The notes under the pieces: model-generated
The model's database searches: none
Told to the model about the DNA's origin: nothing
Seen by the model: the letters and a program-made list of their open reading frames with translations, nothing else
Assembly: GCA_030264375.1 (NCBI GenBank)
Contig: JASCQW010000043.1
Coordinates: forward strand, 71,194,740-71,258,739
Direction: 5' to 3'
Length of the DNA stretch: 64,000 nucleotides
Origin: Carcharhinus longimanus
Lineage: Eukaryota
Translations under genes and position numbers: made by a program
In this document: piece by piece, positions 12,402-26,879 of the stretch
How positions within the stretch are numbered: position 1 is the first letter of the stretch
How the letters are laid out: each line of letters opens with the position of its first letter

Positions 12402-14959
12402 CATTCTATGTTACTGAGTTCATAATTGAGAGCCTCAACTAATAATTTAATAGAACACAGGCTTGAATCCAATAGCAGTTTGAGAATTTGAATTCAATTT
12501 ATATGTAAAAAGATGGTTCATTAATTTCCTTCAAGTAAACTAGCTCCACAGACTCTTATCTGGAAATGGTCAGTTTTATCAAACTAGGTCAATACCGTCA
12601 AAGCTCATATTCTGAGAATGAAAAAGAACCAAGTTATCTGAGGGGGCAGGAAGATAATAGTAGATCAATGCTCTACAAAGCAATGAACTGACTATATATA
12701 TTGGCCTTAAACTGCTGATAGAAATTTTTGTGTTTGCAGTGTAACCAAGGAAACAGCGCGAGTGAATTCTCATGTTCTGAAAATATGATGCATGTTTGAT
12801 AAAATGTGCAACCTAAATTTTAAAGAGTAACTTACAGAGTGTTGGAAACATTGGCTGGGAATTTCCTCGGAGCTGCTCCCTCTCCGCCGCACTTCTGGTG
12901 AAGTTACGGCAGCCTGTTTGCACGTAAACACTGGCTGAGATTAGGAGTAAAGGGAAAGAGGGTTACGGATGGGAGATTACATTGGGTTTTAGTACTGTAT
13001 TTATTGACACTGAGTGACCAGGTTAGTCATTAATTAAACAGTGTTAGCTATTTACTTTTGGTATTTGTCTATTTTTTAAACTTCAGGGTGAGAGAATTTA
13101 AAGATGTAAACAAGTTACTAATTGTTATGATGAGACCTAAGTGTTATATGTAATAATCCCAAGGATTCACTCAGAAAATGTTGTGGAAATCGAGACTTAA
13201 AACAGTAGGAAGGGTGTGACATAAAAATCTGAACAAAAGGGATAAAAGATTCAGAGAAATGTATGCCAAAACAAAGCTGCTTGGGGAAAGAAACCGTAAA
13301 ATTAGCTGGTAAAGGTTTTAAGATGGTGTCATGTAAATTGACAAGACTCATCAAGTGTTTGCATGGAAAGTAAGAAAAAAATTGGGGTTCCAAAAACATT
13401 TTTAAAGAAGAGATTTGGATCCTTTATGGGAATGACTGGCAGAAATCTCTTTAAGGATCTTTAGTCACATAATTCATCACCTGGTAAAATAGTCACAAAA
13501 CTTCCATTTGTATATTTAAATAACCTCCAGCACTAAATAGGCAGGCATAGGTGGTGCTCCCTACAGATGTACTTGAAATTTGCAAAAAGATGGGATTTGA
13601 ACATTCATGGGGGAGCTCAATTTCTCCATCCCACCCCCATCAATTTTTCTGTTTGCTACTAGTTTCTTTAGGTTGGATAAGGTCAGGAAGCTGTTGAAAA
13701 TTGGCCCTTATCTAGTATTGTGACTTGGTAGTTAAAATTATAGGGTAAGCATGATAATTAGCTTTACTTTGGAAAGAATCTTTAATACAGGACACATAAA
13801 TGTAGTGAATGATAGACTCTGTAATTAACAAGAAAGACTAAGCTTAGGCAAAATGCTTATTGGATTTATGAGAAATGCCTCGGGATCACAATGGAATTAA
13901 GATAATGCTGTTTGTAAGGATGATTTTCTTTCTCATTCAGACATGAATGACATGAGATGTAAATCAATAGATTTTGATAAACAATAAATACAATAGCATT
14001 AAATGTTCAACCAAACAATATAAACTGGAACATTTCAATAAAAATACCCACTTATCTTTACTTTACCATTAGCCAAGTATTACCAGTATTATAAAAACCA
14101 CTGAGCTTCTCTAATACTGTACATTAAAACTACATGCTGTATTCTCAAAATGATCTGACAACCTGAGCATTTGATGTAAAAGTAGATTTTAAAATCAATT
14201 AGCAATACAAATGATCTTATTGAAGATTAAAGATCTTTTGAACACAATTAAACACTATGATTAATTGTCTACAATTTTCTTCATAATGTGGTAACATCTA
14301 AAAGGACTTGTAAGTACATTTATGACTTATTCCCTTTTATGGACCACGTTATTTATGTGGCTCACTAATATTGACATATGAACCAATATGTAGTTAGATT
14401 AACTGTCTTAGGGATTTATAAGACTAGTAATTGGCTCATGATTCGTAACTATTAATGTTTAGCAAAATGTTACTTATGACATGTACTTTATTTATATCTT
14501 ACCTTAGCTTTATTTTCTTTGTTCATATATTAAAACTACTTATTTTCAGTACGTCTTACAAGTTAGATTTATTTCCTAATAATATTTTCACCAAAGGAAC
14601 TGCTTGGCTGGAATTTTCCCATCATGTATTGGAACAAAACAGAGTGGAGCAAAAACAATGGCAGTGTCGGTCTGCCAGTTCCATTCACAACTTAAACGAT
14701 TTTCCAGAGGACGGGGGCGATACTGGAAGTTGACCAGCTTGAGGCCGTTAGGCAACTCATCAAGAGGTCACTTTTTGACCTGCCAGTATTTTCATGGGTG
14801 TAGGCAGCCATTCAAACCTCATTGTTATCACTAAGTAAAAAGTAATGCTGCTGCCAAAAGGACAATCAAAAATAAGCCACCACTCCATTTAATATTGTGG
14901 TTTCAAACATTCATAAGGATAAACATTCAACCTAAAGTACTACACATGCTGGAATTATT

Positions 14960-15150
14960 AAAAAAAGACAAACATGCTCAAAATTTTTACCAGAAGCAGC
15001 AGCATTTGTGCAGGGAGAAACAGAGTTAACAATTCAGGTCTTTCACCATTCACTGAAATGACAAGTTCTGAGAAAAGCTAATTGATCTGTTTCTTTCTCC
15101 ACAGATTCTGCCTGACCTGATGAATGTTTGCAGCTTTCTCAGCTTTTTAA
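14960..15150. repeat. Short palindromic Penelope-derived repeat
   Basis: Left arm gcagcatttgtgcagggagaaacagagttaac pairs with right arm ctgtttctttctccacagattctgcctgacctg; related fragments at ~6170-6240, ~40210-40350, ~52825-52885 and ~60380-60480. Confidence 0.65.
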
Positions 15151-15593
15151 AATAAATGTTAATTTATCTATTCTATTGGTGTCTGTGTGATTTGACTGCA
15201 GCTGTTATTGTCAATGGTTCAATGAGTCAGTTTGTTTAAGTGCAACACCAAAAGCATTTAAAACATATAGAAGACCTTCCAAATGGCCTGACCAAAGACG
15301 AATTTGTAGAAATACAATGGAACTTTTCAGCAATATTTGATTTAACAGCGGAAATTATAAGCTGTACTAATTCAGAGAAAAAATGTAAAATATTTCATTA
15401 AATACTGGTCAGTCACATTCAAAAGAGACAGACAACTGAATTTTTAAGTCAGAGACATTATCATGGATAAATTAATCTATCCTTGACTTTTAGGTGCCTT
15501 GTGTTTACAGCATTTTCTTTCCATTTCAGATTTACAGCATTTGTACATTTCCTTTTATTCCTCACTTTTTATAACATTATGATTTTCAGTCTA

Positions 15594-15776
<183 letters not shown>

Positions 15777-16429
15777 TCATGTAGATGAATTGAAAAAGAA
15801 TCAAGGATCACATACTGTAATATAATGAATTAAAATCTCATCTGGAGAGAAGAAGCAAACAAAGAAAAATCTGGCATTTATACAGTACATTTTACAACCT
15901 TCGGAAGTGCTTTACCGCCAATTAAGTATTTTCTAAATATAGCTGCTGTTTCAATAATAAAGACGTGCATTTATATAGCACCTTTCACAGCTAGTCTCAC
16001 TCCCCCACCTGAATCCTGCAGATATTTTCCTTTCAGATAATTTTTATTTGAAAATCTCAATCAAATCTACCTCCATCACACTGTTACGCTATGCATTTCA
16101 GATCTTAAATTTGTTCTTAAATCTTTTTTTTTCACTCTCACTCTGTAATCCTATTTCTATTTCCCAGTCTATATTTTACATTCTCTATATCATGAAAATA
16201 TAATTCCCACTTTGAACTTCCCTGTTTGATTCCTTGGTATCTCAGTGAGCATTCTTCAATCTGATTGGTTGAAGAATGGTACTGGTGTTTGCCTTATTCA
16301 CAGATTCCTTGTCGAGAGTGATGCACTACTAAATATGCCAGATGTGTGAACATGTCTATTGACCATCCCATGAGAAGTCTGTAGACAGTTATCAGCAACG
16401 TGAATAGCCAAAACCAGTGCTTCATTAAC

Positions 16430-16545
16430 AAGAGCAATAATCTGGCCAGTGAACTTTCCGAATGACAATAGGACTGAAAATGCAGTGTATCTCAGTACTG
16501 CATTGAAGTTTAGCCAAACACTTATGCTCAAGTGTGTGGAGGCAT
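16430..16545 (-). repeat. Ancient Deu-domain SINE (SacSINE1/AmnSINE1-like) remnant
   Basis: aatgcagtgtatctcagtactgcattgaagt...ttatgctcaagt; related tails at ~15865-15990 and ~2760-2855. Confidence 0.5.
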
Positions 16546-16958
16546 ACAAATCACTGGCTGGAAAAAGTATAGTGTAGTATTAATGTAACTGTATCTATAA
16601 TGCTTAAATACAACATTGTTTAGCATAGATATTATGAAAAAATACTCTTCTCAAGGAATTACAGTATCAAATCTGTTGTATAGACACAAATTGTAAAAAT
16701 GCTAGCTATTCGCTTGTGATGCTCTGCTGAGAGTAAGATTCTTTGCATGCACATGGCAGATCCATTAGTGAAAAAGCTACTTAAGAAATGTTTTTTGTTC
16801 AGTATCCTGGACATACAGCCAAAACCATATCACGGTCAATAAAGGTACTCAATTAAAATATGCCATAAAATGCTACAAATTCCCCATTCAGGATAATCCA
16901 GAACACAGAAACTGAGTTATCTGGGAAATGACCAAGACCCAAACGCATTATGAAATAC

Positions 16959-17082
16959 CTTAGTTCATTTTTATGAATCTGCTCCATTTTTCTTTCCAGT
17001 TTTTGTGTTTGCTTGGGAAACAACTTGATTTCACTCACATAACCCTCTGGGTGTTCATGTGGCTCATAATCACCCAACTCAG
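16959..17082 (-). CDS. FRMD3: FRMD3 coding exon (exon 6 equivalent, 124 nt)
   Basis: cttggcag|...|gtattt; (A)ELGDYEPHEHPEGYVSEIKLFPKQTQKLERKMEQIHKNEL(R); phase 1/2. Confidence 0.95.
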
Positions 17083-18529
17083 CTGCCAAGAGAGAAACAT
17101 CTTTAAAAACATGAAGGACTATTCTGCAAATGAAATAATTGGAATGTTAATTATTAAATATTTCCAAGTGAAACTTATTTTCCAAAAAAAAAGTACCATT
17201 TGTTAACTGAAAATTCATAAAACAATGAATTTCAGAATGCTGTTGAACCAATTATTTATGAACAGTCCATTTACTTCATTTTTTTTGCAAACTACACTGA
17301 CACTCCAGCAATAAACTTTACAATGCATTTATGAGCACTGTTTATAAATTCTGCTAATTACTGGAATCAATTTTATTAGGCAATTGAAAACAAATGATCT
17401 GTTGCACAAAGTTTCTAGTATCAGCTATTAAACAACCCTGAGGCAGAATTCATCCCACCAATAACACCGAAATACATGCCAAATCAATTCTCTCATGAGG
17501 GTTTCTAAATTGTAGTAGCCAGGAGAGTTAAGTTAAACTGCCTGCTATATCAAACGATAGTCATCATAGGTCTGGCCTCATACTCTGCTATTTGTTGTTT
17601 ATTTGGCAAATAATAAGAATTATTATCTAGACACAGCATATAATTTATTTCCATCTGTTCTCCATTTGATCTACAAAAGAGTCATTCAAAAGCATCCAAA
17701 AGAAATGTATAACTTTTTTATACTTCACAAAAGCACATCCCAGTCAAATTACTTCTTTTCACCCTGCTGCCATCTCACTCTATTCCCTTCTCCCACAAAT
17801 AATCATGAAATATGTTGAAACTTTGTATTAAACCATTCTATATGGCTGTACATTCCACACTCTCAGCACTTGCTGTGTAAAGAAATTCCTCCTAATTTCT
17901 TTGCTTGGTCTATTACTGGCTCTTATATCCCATTTCCACCCCCACAATTATTCTGCACACACCCACAAATGGAAACATTTTCTCCATAGCCATTCTGACA
18001 TGTGAGGTGGGCGAGGGTTATGGTTTTAAATGTCTCAAAGGCAAATTAATCAATTACAGGCTGACTGGTTCAACTCCCCAGTGTTCAAAATTTAATGATT
18101 CCTCATTAACTGCCCTAGAGGCCAGTAACCCGTTAAACTGCATGAGAATCGGAAAATCAGACAGCAACCTCAGTCACTTTCTCTTTCTCACTTGGTGAGC
18201 TCTCCTCAGAAGGAGGTGAAAATTTCAATAGGAATCTGTTAAGGGCACAACAGAAGTCTTAATCAATGAGGTTACATTTCTGTTCCACACAAAAAACCTA
18301 CCTCCACGTCTCCAACAAAACGTGCAGAGCAAAATATATTCCATAGCAATGTCTTTTTTTTGTTGTATGCAGTCAACTTAGAGGGAGCAATGCTCAAGAA
18401 AAATGTTTCACCATAAAAAATTCCAATCCGAAGAAAAATAAAGCAAGCAGCATCTACTCACCTCAATGCATAATTTCTAGTTCAGTCAGATCATACCACA
18501 GATCATTGTAAGTTTATAATCAGAGGTTT

Positions 18530-19060
18530 AAGAGGTTATAATGAACTTTATAAAACCCTGGTTTGACCACAACTGGAGTAACGTATCCAATTCTGGGCGC
18601 CGCACTTTAGAAAGCGAAGGCTTTAGAGAGGCTGTGACAAAGATTTACGAGAATGGTTTCAGGAAGCGGGGGAGGACTTCAGTTTTGTATTTAGGCTGGA
18701 AAAGCTGGGGCTGTTCTCTTGAGAGAAAATGGAAAGGAAATTTGATAAAGGTGTTCAAAATCTTGAAAGATCTGGATAGAGAAAATGTTCTCAGTAACAG
18801 AAGATTCAAGGGTCAGAGATGACAGATTTAATGTGATTGACAAAAAAACCAAAGGTAATACGAGGAAAAACATTTTGATGCAGTGAGTGGTTGTGATCTG
18901 AAAGTGCAATGCATACCAATTTAATCGTGGCTTTCAAAATGGAACTGGATAAGCATCTCAAGGGAAAAAGAATACATGGAATGGCAAAAGATAAGGACAT
19001 TATAGTGGCAAGAACTCAATGGACCAAATGGATTTCTTCTATGCTGAAACTATTTTATGA
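18530..19060 (+). mobile_element. CR1 LINE 3' fragment
   Basis: ctttataaaaccctggtttgaccacaactggagta...LEKLGLFS...; 3' tail. Confidence 0.85.
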
Positions 19061-19409
19061 GTTTAATTGACTGGAGTACAATATTTATGTAATCTAAGTC
19101 CTTATGTTGACAATTTCTCTCTTTTTTTTTTATACAGCTACATGTTGTACCTTCCTTGTAACAGTGGTAGCAGGTAGTGGTCAATCTGTAGTTCATTTGC
19201 TATTTCAGTGCTCAGCCTGTGCAAAATTCTATAAAGCTATGCTCAGTGTGTAAAAATGCTAACCATTGTTACATTAGAAAATAATGTAAAACAATAAGCT
19301 GATCCATTTCATTTTAGAACAAGGATTAACCTTATCAGTTGGATGATATTTGGTTTGCGAACAACTTTTTCAAGATAAATTAATCCTAATAATGTGCTGA
19401 ACCGGATCA

Positions 19410-19990
<581 letters not shown>

Positions 19991-20109
19991 CTGAATGTTC
20001 TTCAGCACTATTACAACAAAGGTCCTTTTCTTAGATAACTAAGAATATGAAGATCAGATACAATGCAAATAAAAACAAGATCAAGAAGTTTAATAACTTC
20101 TCCAGTTTT

Positions 20110-20645
20110 AAATCCTTTCGTGGAGTGTTGTAGTCACTGGCAAGGCCACCATTTAGTGCCCTTGGGAAGATGGTGGTGAACTGCTACAGTCTATCTTATG
20201 TAGTTTCACCTATGTTGCTGTTAGGAAGATATTTTCAGGACTTGATCCAGTGACAGTGAAGGGACAATCATATAGCTCCAAGTCTGGATGGTGTGAGACT
20301 TGGAGGGGAATTTGCACATTCCCATACATTTGCTGTCCTTGTCCTTAAAGGTGATAGAGGTCGCAAGATTTCATGTTGCTACAGAGGAAGCCAGGAGAAT
20401 TACTGCAGTGCATCTTATAGATGGTACACACTGGAAGTGGATGGAGTGCTGATCAAGCGAACTACTTTGTCCTGGAGAGTATCAAGCTTTTTGATTATTG
20501 TTGGAGCTACACTCATCCAGGCAAGTGGAAATTATTCCATCACATTCCTGATTTGTATCTTGTGGAGGGTAGGCAGAATTCAGAGAGACAGAAGGTGAGT
20601 TACTCACCACAGAACTCCCAGCCTCTGGCCTGTTCTTGTAGCCAT
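20110..20645 (-). mobile_element. 3' fragment of the second LINE family
   Basis: Colinear with 9003-9670 (gtcactgg...gatggtggtg...ccagtgaca...cctctggcctgttcttgtagcca). Confidence 0.8.
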
Positions 20646-22020
20646 TTTAAGAAACGCTGGCTACCATTGAATAGTACCAGGACACCCAATATTCATGCCC
20701 CTGATAAGGGGAGCTGCCAATTAATGTTGTGATTAATGCTGGCAGTCTACCTACTTCAGACCAATGAGATTCCTTGACTAGTTTCACCACTTACTTGCAT
20801 CCAAATGATTGTGTGCACACTGTGTTGATTCTGGGCTCAAAAGTAGGTCCAGATGAACTTATACCAATATATCTTTCTGAATTCTATAAGTGTCCTTATC
20901 ACTGTTTGCCAAATCCTCCACTTACATTAAAGATTTCACATGTTCATGAAACCATTGATCTTTTGGTCCCTGTGTGAGAGATTATAACATTTAAGGTACA
21001 GGATGTTCCATTGTTTCTTACATTGGTTCCTGCCTAGTAACAAGGGAGGGACTCTCTGTGATTGTTTTGATAGATCACTTCAACTGTCAGTGCCTAGCTC
21101 TTCTTCAGACCGTCAGCTTCAGGGGTCTGCCAGCCAACAAGTTCCATACAACGAGGCTTCAACCTAAAGAAAGAGCTGCGGGAAGCAGATATTGAGTAAA
21201 GGTGCCCCTTTGGAGTGGCAGTGTTTTGATTGGTATGGTATAGGTTTGAAAGTGTGCTTATACACTACTGTACTTGGGAATCCTGGAAGACAAGATCAAA
21301 ACCCTATGAGATGGACTATTTTTAAAGCTAATCAAGTGAGAGCAACTTTTAGAGAGATCTTCAAGTGGGATTAGGAACACTCATTAAAAAGACAAAGTTT
21401 CAGTGAGATTGGTTGACTCACAGTTGAACTAATATCTGGATGATTTGTTGAGAAGCCATGGAATCCAATTTGGTTGCATCCATCATTTACTCTGTGGTCT
21501 GGTGTGTCTGACCACAGTTTGTCTGCCAATTCACATGCAACTCATACTTACCCTGAATGTTAAAGTTCAAGACAGATTTGGAAATCGTTTTATCTTTCTG
21601 GACCTGTATAGAACAGATTGTTTTTGTTTGTTCAAAACCCATGGAATCCTGTGGCTTTATTCCAAAAGCAGGCGTTTTGAATTTCAAACGTAACCTACTT
21701 TAAACAAAGTACCATTGTTTCCTGGATCTCCCCCAATGTCCCAGGGTCTGGCCAAGGATTGTAACTATATCTGTGTTTCATATCATTTCTAAATCATTTT
21801 TTTCAAAATCAAGATGCGAAAAAGACCCAAGATGTACCACTCTTCAAAATGTTGCAGTCCAAGCAACAGTTTGACCCATTATTTTATATCCAAAAAACAA
21901 ACAACTTTCTGTTCATGCTACTACATTTCTCTATTTTGTATCATGTAAACAGAGTGGATTTTCCACACAAAGAACATCCTAAGCTTCTTCTAATATCCAG
22001 CAATCCTCAGTGAAAAGTGG

Positions 22021-22022
22021 AG

Positions 22023-22062
<40 letters not shown>

Positions 22063-22072
22063 TTTGTTTGTG
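22021..22072 (+). repeat. (TG)n microsatellite grading into (TTTG)n
   Basis: Directly visible in the sequence. Confidence 0.97.
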
Positions 22073-23784
22073 GGGGTTGTGGGACACTGACCACAGATTC
22101 ATGCTCTACTGTAAATAGCCCATTAGCATTCACTACTTAGCTTCAGACATTGAAAGTGGTCACTTAGACAAAGTCGTAAATAGTAGAATACTGTTGACCA
22201 AAGCAAATTTGTTACATAGATTATTTCATTTGAATTTTAAGTCCTTCATTCCAACTCATGGCTGTACAGTACAAGCAAAATACATGTGCTGTCATTAACC
22301 CTGTGGTTTGTATACACTTAAGTTTTATATCCATTAAAATATTGGAAGTCAAATATTTCCACAATTTTTTTCAGCTCTCTTGCATTCCGTATTTTGATTC
22401 AGATTAGTTGACAGTTTGTTTGCTACGATTATGAAAATATCAATTACACAAAAATTCTCTGAAAAATGTGAATCAAGACACTTTGTAGACAATGATGAAT
22501 AAGAGCAAACTATCTAATATCGTTATCATGGATCATGCCATTATTCATCATCTACACACAGCTACCTTGCCTAAGGTTCCAGTAATTTCAATATACCATG
22601 ATTTGATCTATCCAAATATTACTCATCATCATAAAGTTATTTTCTCCGGAGTATTGTTTTGCTCCCTTATTTCAAGGAAATAGTGAGATTGCATAGTGGA
22701 ACGTTATTACATTATTGTTATGCCATAACAGAGAACCATCTAGTTCAAAGTTGAGAAATTGTAATTATATTAAAAGTGTGTAGGGCTAGATATACAGTTA
22801 AATGAGTATATGTACATTAAAGAGATGGAAATATTTCATTTGTCTCAGCTACCTACAGAAATTTGAACTTCGGCTGTTTTGTGCCAATGCGTTCGTGTTA
22901 AATGGACAAAATAATTTTCCATTTACTTCAGTCATAGAGTCAGTCATACAGTGATAAATCCCAATCTACTTCATATTCAATTCAATTATAATATGTGTTC
23001 AACATTTGTATGTGTGCAGAATGTAAGTTAATTGAATCATTGCTTTAATAGTGCAGCATCAAGCAAGAAGGGAAAACCATCACAAAGCAAAGCAAGGATA
23101 TATAAAATCAATACCAAAAAGACAAGAAAATAAATAGAGCCTCTATAAACTTATTTTCTTTTTCTTTCTGGTCTCCAGTATCTGCTTCTCATTCTCTGGG
23201 ATCATTTGCACTTTTTTCCTTAATGCTATTTATTCTAGATCCCCACTTTTTTATTTGCTCCCCATCTGTTTATCTTTCTTAATATGTGCTTCTCTCTGGC
23301 CTGCTTGGCATTCTACTTTTCCATCAGTTTATTCCCACAACAACCAATGCTGCTGCCTGGATCCAAGAATCCACAACAACTTTACCACATTACCCAAGTG
23401 ACATAGTAAGTAAGCACTTCAAAATCGACCTGACTAATCTTTATTAAAATATATATCTGACCAGAAATGACTTCATTTAGCAGAGTCTGCAGCCAAAAAA
23501 GCACTGCATGCACTTCAAGTAAATAGCTAACCTCAGCATTTTGTCTCTGCATTTACTCAGCACAGAGAACATCTATTGTTCTGTTAGATGCCGCTAACAA
23601 ATGAGAATTATCTCTTAAATGGGCAGTCCAATTCTATAAGTTATCAGTGAATGCGAGAAATGGAAGGACACAGTACATTTTAAATACTGAAATGTTTTGT
23701 AAGCTGAAAAATGTTGTATCTCTCAGGATAATCAAAGCAATATCAGAGTAGAGCCACAGCAATAATGCAACATATGCATTTGCT

Positions 23785-25060
23785 TTGGTGAAATGGGCTA
23801 AGATCTGGCAGGTGGTGTTTCATACTGAGAAGTGTGAAGTGATAACTTTTTGGGAAGAAGAATAAAAACATGGCAGACATTATAAACTAAATGGTACAAT
23901 TTTAAAGAAGGTGCAGGAACTCAGAGGCCCGAGAATTCACATACACAAATCTCTTGACCATGATTGAACAAATTTATTGGCTTATTAAAAAAAACTTGTG
24001 GGACACTTCACTTGACTTTGGGCCCTATTTTAACATTTTGATTCTAAGTGCTGGGCGGATTTGAAACTAGGAGTGTTTCAGATCCGACTTTTGGACCCAT
24101 TCTCAGGTGCCCTCATATGCTCTCTGCCTGCAAAAATATCAGCAAGTCTAAATTGTGTTGCACAAGCCTATGGGTGAGACTGATTGCGTCCAAAATCCTG
24201 CAGCTCCAATCGGCACCTCCAACTGCACATGTGCAGAGAAAAAAAGAATGCCATATCTCCTGCCATATCACTTTGGGGCTGATGCCTCCCCCAGCCCCCA
24301 GAGACATTGCCCCACCTCCCCTNNNNNNNNNNNNNNNNNNNNNNNNNNNNNNNNNNNNNNNNNNNNNNNNNNNNNNNNNNNNNNNNNNNNNNNNNNNNNN
24401 NNNNNNNNNNNNNNNNNNNNCTTGCCCCCATCCCCCTCAACTGATCTCAAACAGAGAGCTGTCAGACGCTAGGCACCTATCTCCCCACTGACAGAACGCT
24501 TGAATCAGACTTAAATGGTGCATGTCTGTTTCACGCCAATTCTGGATGGGTGAAAGCAGTGGTAAAGGAGCAAGTACCGGTAAAGGTGGGTGTCCAGCCC
24601 ATTAAATCAAATTAAATGCATGCAAATGCATTTGCTTTGAGCGCTGTCCCAATCACAGCCATTTTTGGGCCTTGGTAAAGGGGGAATTGGCACTGAGGTG
24701 GATGCGGATTGCACTACTCGCCTCATGACCAAATTTACCAAGTTTCTGCGCCCAAAAATGAGCACAACATGATGGTAAAATCGGGCCCATAGCGTATAAA
24801 AGCAAGGAAATTATGCCAGACACTTAGCAAACCAGATGGGAGATTTTTTTTCTTACACAAATAGTTATGATCTGGAATGCACTCCCTGAAAGGGTAACGG
24901 AGGCAGATGCAATAGTAAATTACAAAATGGAATTGGATATATACTTAAAAAATAAAAATTTGGATGGAAGAGCAGAAATGGCAACTGGATAACTCTTCTA
25001 AAGACCAGGTTCAGGTATGTTGGGCCAGTTGCCTTCTGAGCTATGAGATTCTATCATTCC
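23785..25060 (+). mobile_element. CR1 3' fragment split by a MITE
   Basis: EKCEVITF...YKLNGTIL before 24019; resumes at atagcgtataaaagcaaggaa after 24789. Confidence 0.75.
24019..24789. mobile_element. MITE (probably Harbinger-type) with ~19-bp imperfect TIRs, containing an assembly gap
   Basis: tgggccctattttaacatt on the left versus the reverse complement of the right end, tgggcccgattttaccatc. Confidence 0.8.
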
Positions 25061-25229
25061 ATGCATTCAAGACAAGAGTTCCACCTAGATGTAAGTTTCT
25101 AACTATATGCATTATCATTTATTTTTGGAATTAGGGAGCGAGTGATGTCATGAATTAAATTGCATAAACAGCAATTTCTAAAGAAAGACAAAGTACCTAA
25201 AGAAGGGAACTTAAATAAGGGAACTTAAA

Positions 25230-26120
25230 TAAGGGAAATTAGTAGTTAATCTTTGAAGAGGCATATAAATTGGCCAGAAAAACAAACAGATGTGAGGACT
25301 AGGAGTAGTTCAGAATTCAGCAAAGGAAAATAAAGGGGAAAATATGAGTACAAGAGTAAGCTTGCAGGGAACATAAAAACTAACTGTAAAAGCTTCTACA
25401 GGTATGTGAAAAGAAAAAGATTGGTGAAGATAAATGTAGGTCCATTACAGTCAGAAACAGGGAAATTTATAATGGAAAGAAAGAAATAGCTGACCAGCTA
25501 AATATATTCTTTGGTTCTGTCTTCACAAAGGAGGAACGTATCAGAACTGTTCAGGAACACAAGGTTTAGTGAGAGAGAGGAACTGAAGGAAATCGGTATT
25601 AATAGGGAAATGGCATTGGGAAAATTGATGGGGTTGAAGGCCGATAATTCCCCAGGGTCTGATAATCTACATCCCAGCATATGTAAGGAGGTAACCCTAG
25701 AAATAATGGATACCTCGTGGTGGTCATCTTCAAGGTTCTACAGACTCTGGGACAGCTCCTATTCATTAGAAATAGCTAATGTAACTTGACTTTTTAAAAA
25801 GGGAGATAGAGAGAAAACAAGTAATTATAGACCATACAGTCTGTCATCAGTTGTGGAGACAATGCTAGAGATCATGCTAGAGAAAATAATGGCAGTATTG
25901 GATAGAGCCAGCATTGATTTATGAAAGGTAAATCATGTTTGACAAAGTTATTGGAATTCTTTGAAGATGCAGCTTGTAGAGTTGATGAAGGGGAGCCAGT
26001 GGATGTGGTTTATTTGGACTTTCATAAGGCTTTTGATAAGGTCCCACGTAAGAGATCAGTATGTAAAATTAAAGCACATGGGATTGGGATAGTTTTTTGA
26101 GATGATTGGAATACCGGTTG
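25230..26120 (+). mobile_element. CR1 LINE ORF2 fragment
   Basis: LKADNSPGSDNLHP, KSCLTKLLEFFE and VYLDFHKAFDKVP motifs. Confidence 0.9.
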
Positions 26121-26879
26121 GCTTTGACTATGTCAACTGACCTCTTTAATCTTTTCATTTAATTTCACCTTGTCCACCTGTTTCACTACTTCAAAGTTTT
26201 AATAATTGGATGAGCTCTTTGAATGTCTTCATTCAAAGACATTGAATGAATGTCTTTGAATTTATTAATATTCAGCTGGTGACACAGGTTTTGTTGACAC
26301 AGTTATGTCACAGAACTCCATTATGAATGTTTGGTTGATTTCCAAACCCACAATTCAATACAGGTTATTTATACAGGTATCAAAGGGACTGAGAGTTTTG
26401 TTATTTTACAGTTTTATGACCTCTTAATCAGAAATATTATTAAAAGTGCTTTTTGAATGACTGTTTATTTTGAGAGTTTTATGAGGTTCTACCAGGATTA
26501 TATTTTAAGTGTTTTTGAATGACTGTTTATCATGATGGTTTTTTGAGGTTCTAATATGCTTATGTTTGTGGAACTGTTTGTTTGACAGTTTTATAAGCAG
26601 TTCAAGGATTTCCAGATGCTATTTTAAGGCTTGTGAGCTCTGTACATAGTAGGAAAGGGGTGAGTGGATATGTAGCATGTATGAATAGGGCATGGAAGAG
26701 TTGAGGACATGGGGGTGAGAGCTAGAGGGTCTCACACTTATCTACCAAACTAGAGCAAATGGAAGCACGCTTTTTGATCAGCTTTCATCACCCTTTCCTA
26801 GCTCCATTTTCACTTTGGATCTGCTTTCCAATTCCCACACATTCCACATTGAAAATCTTGCCCTATGCCTTATGAATGC

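Noticed and set aside
25204-25238. Direct repeats agggaacttaaata x2, and ttatgcctgatca x2 at ~1843-1870, as CRISPR-like arrays
   Set aside because: They are simple two-copy tandem duplications with no spacers, in a eukaryotic context.
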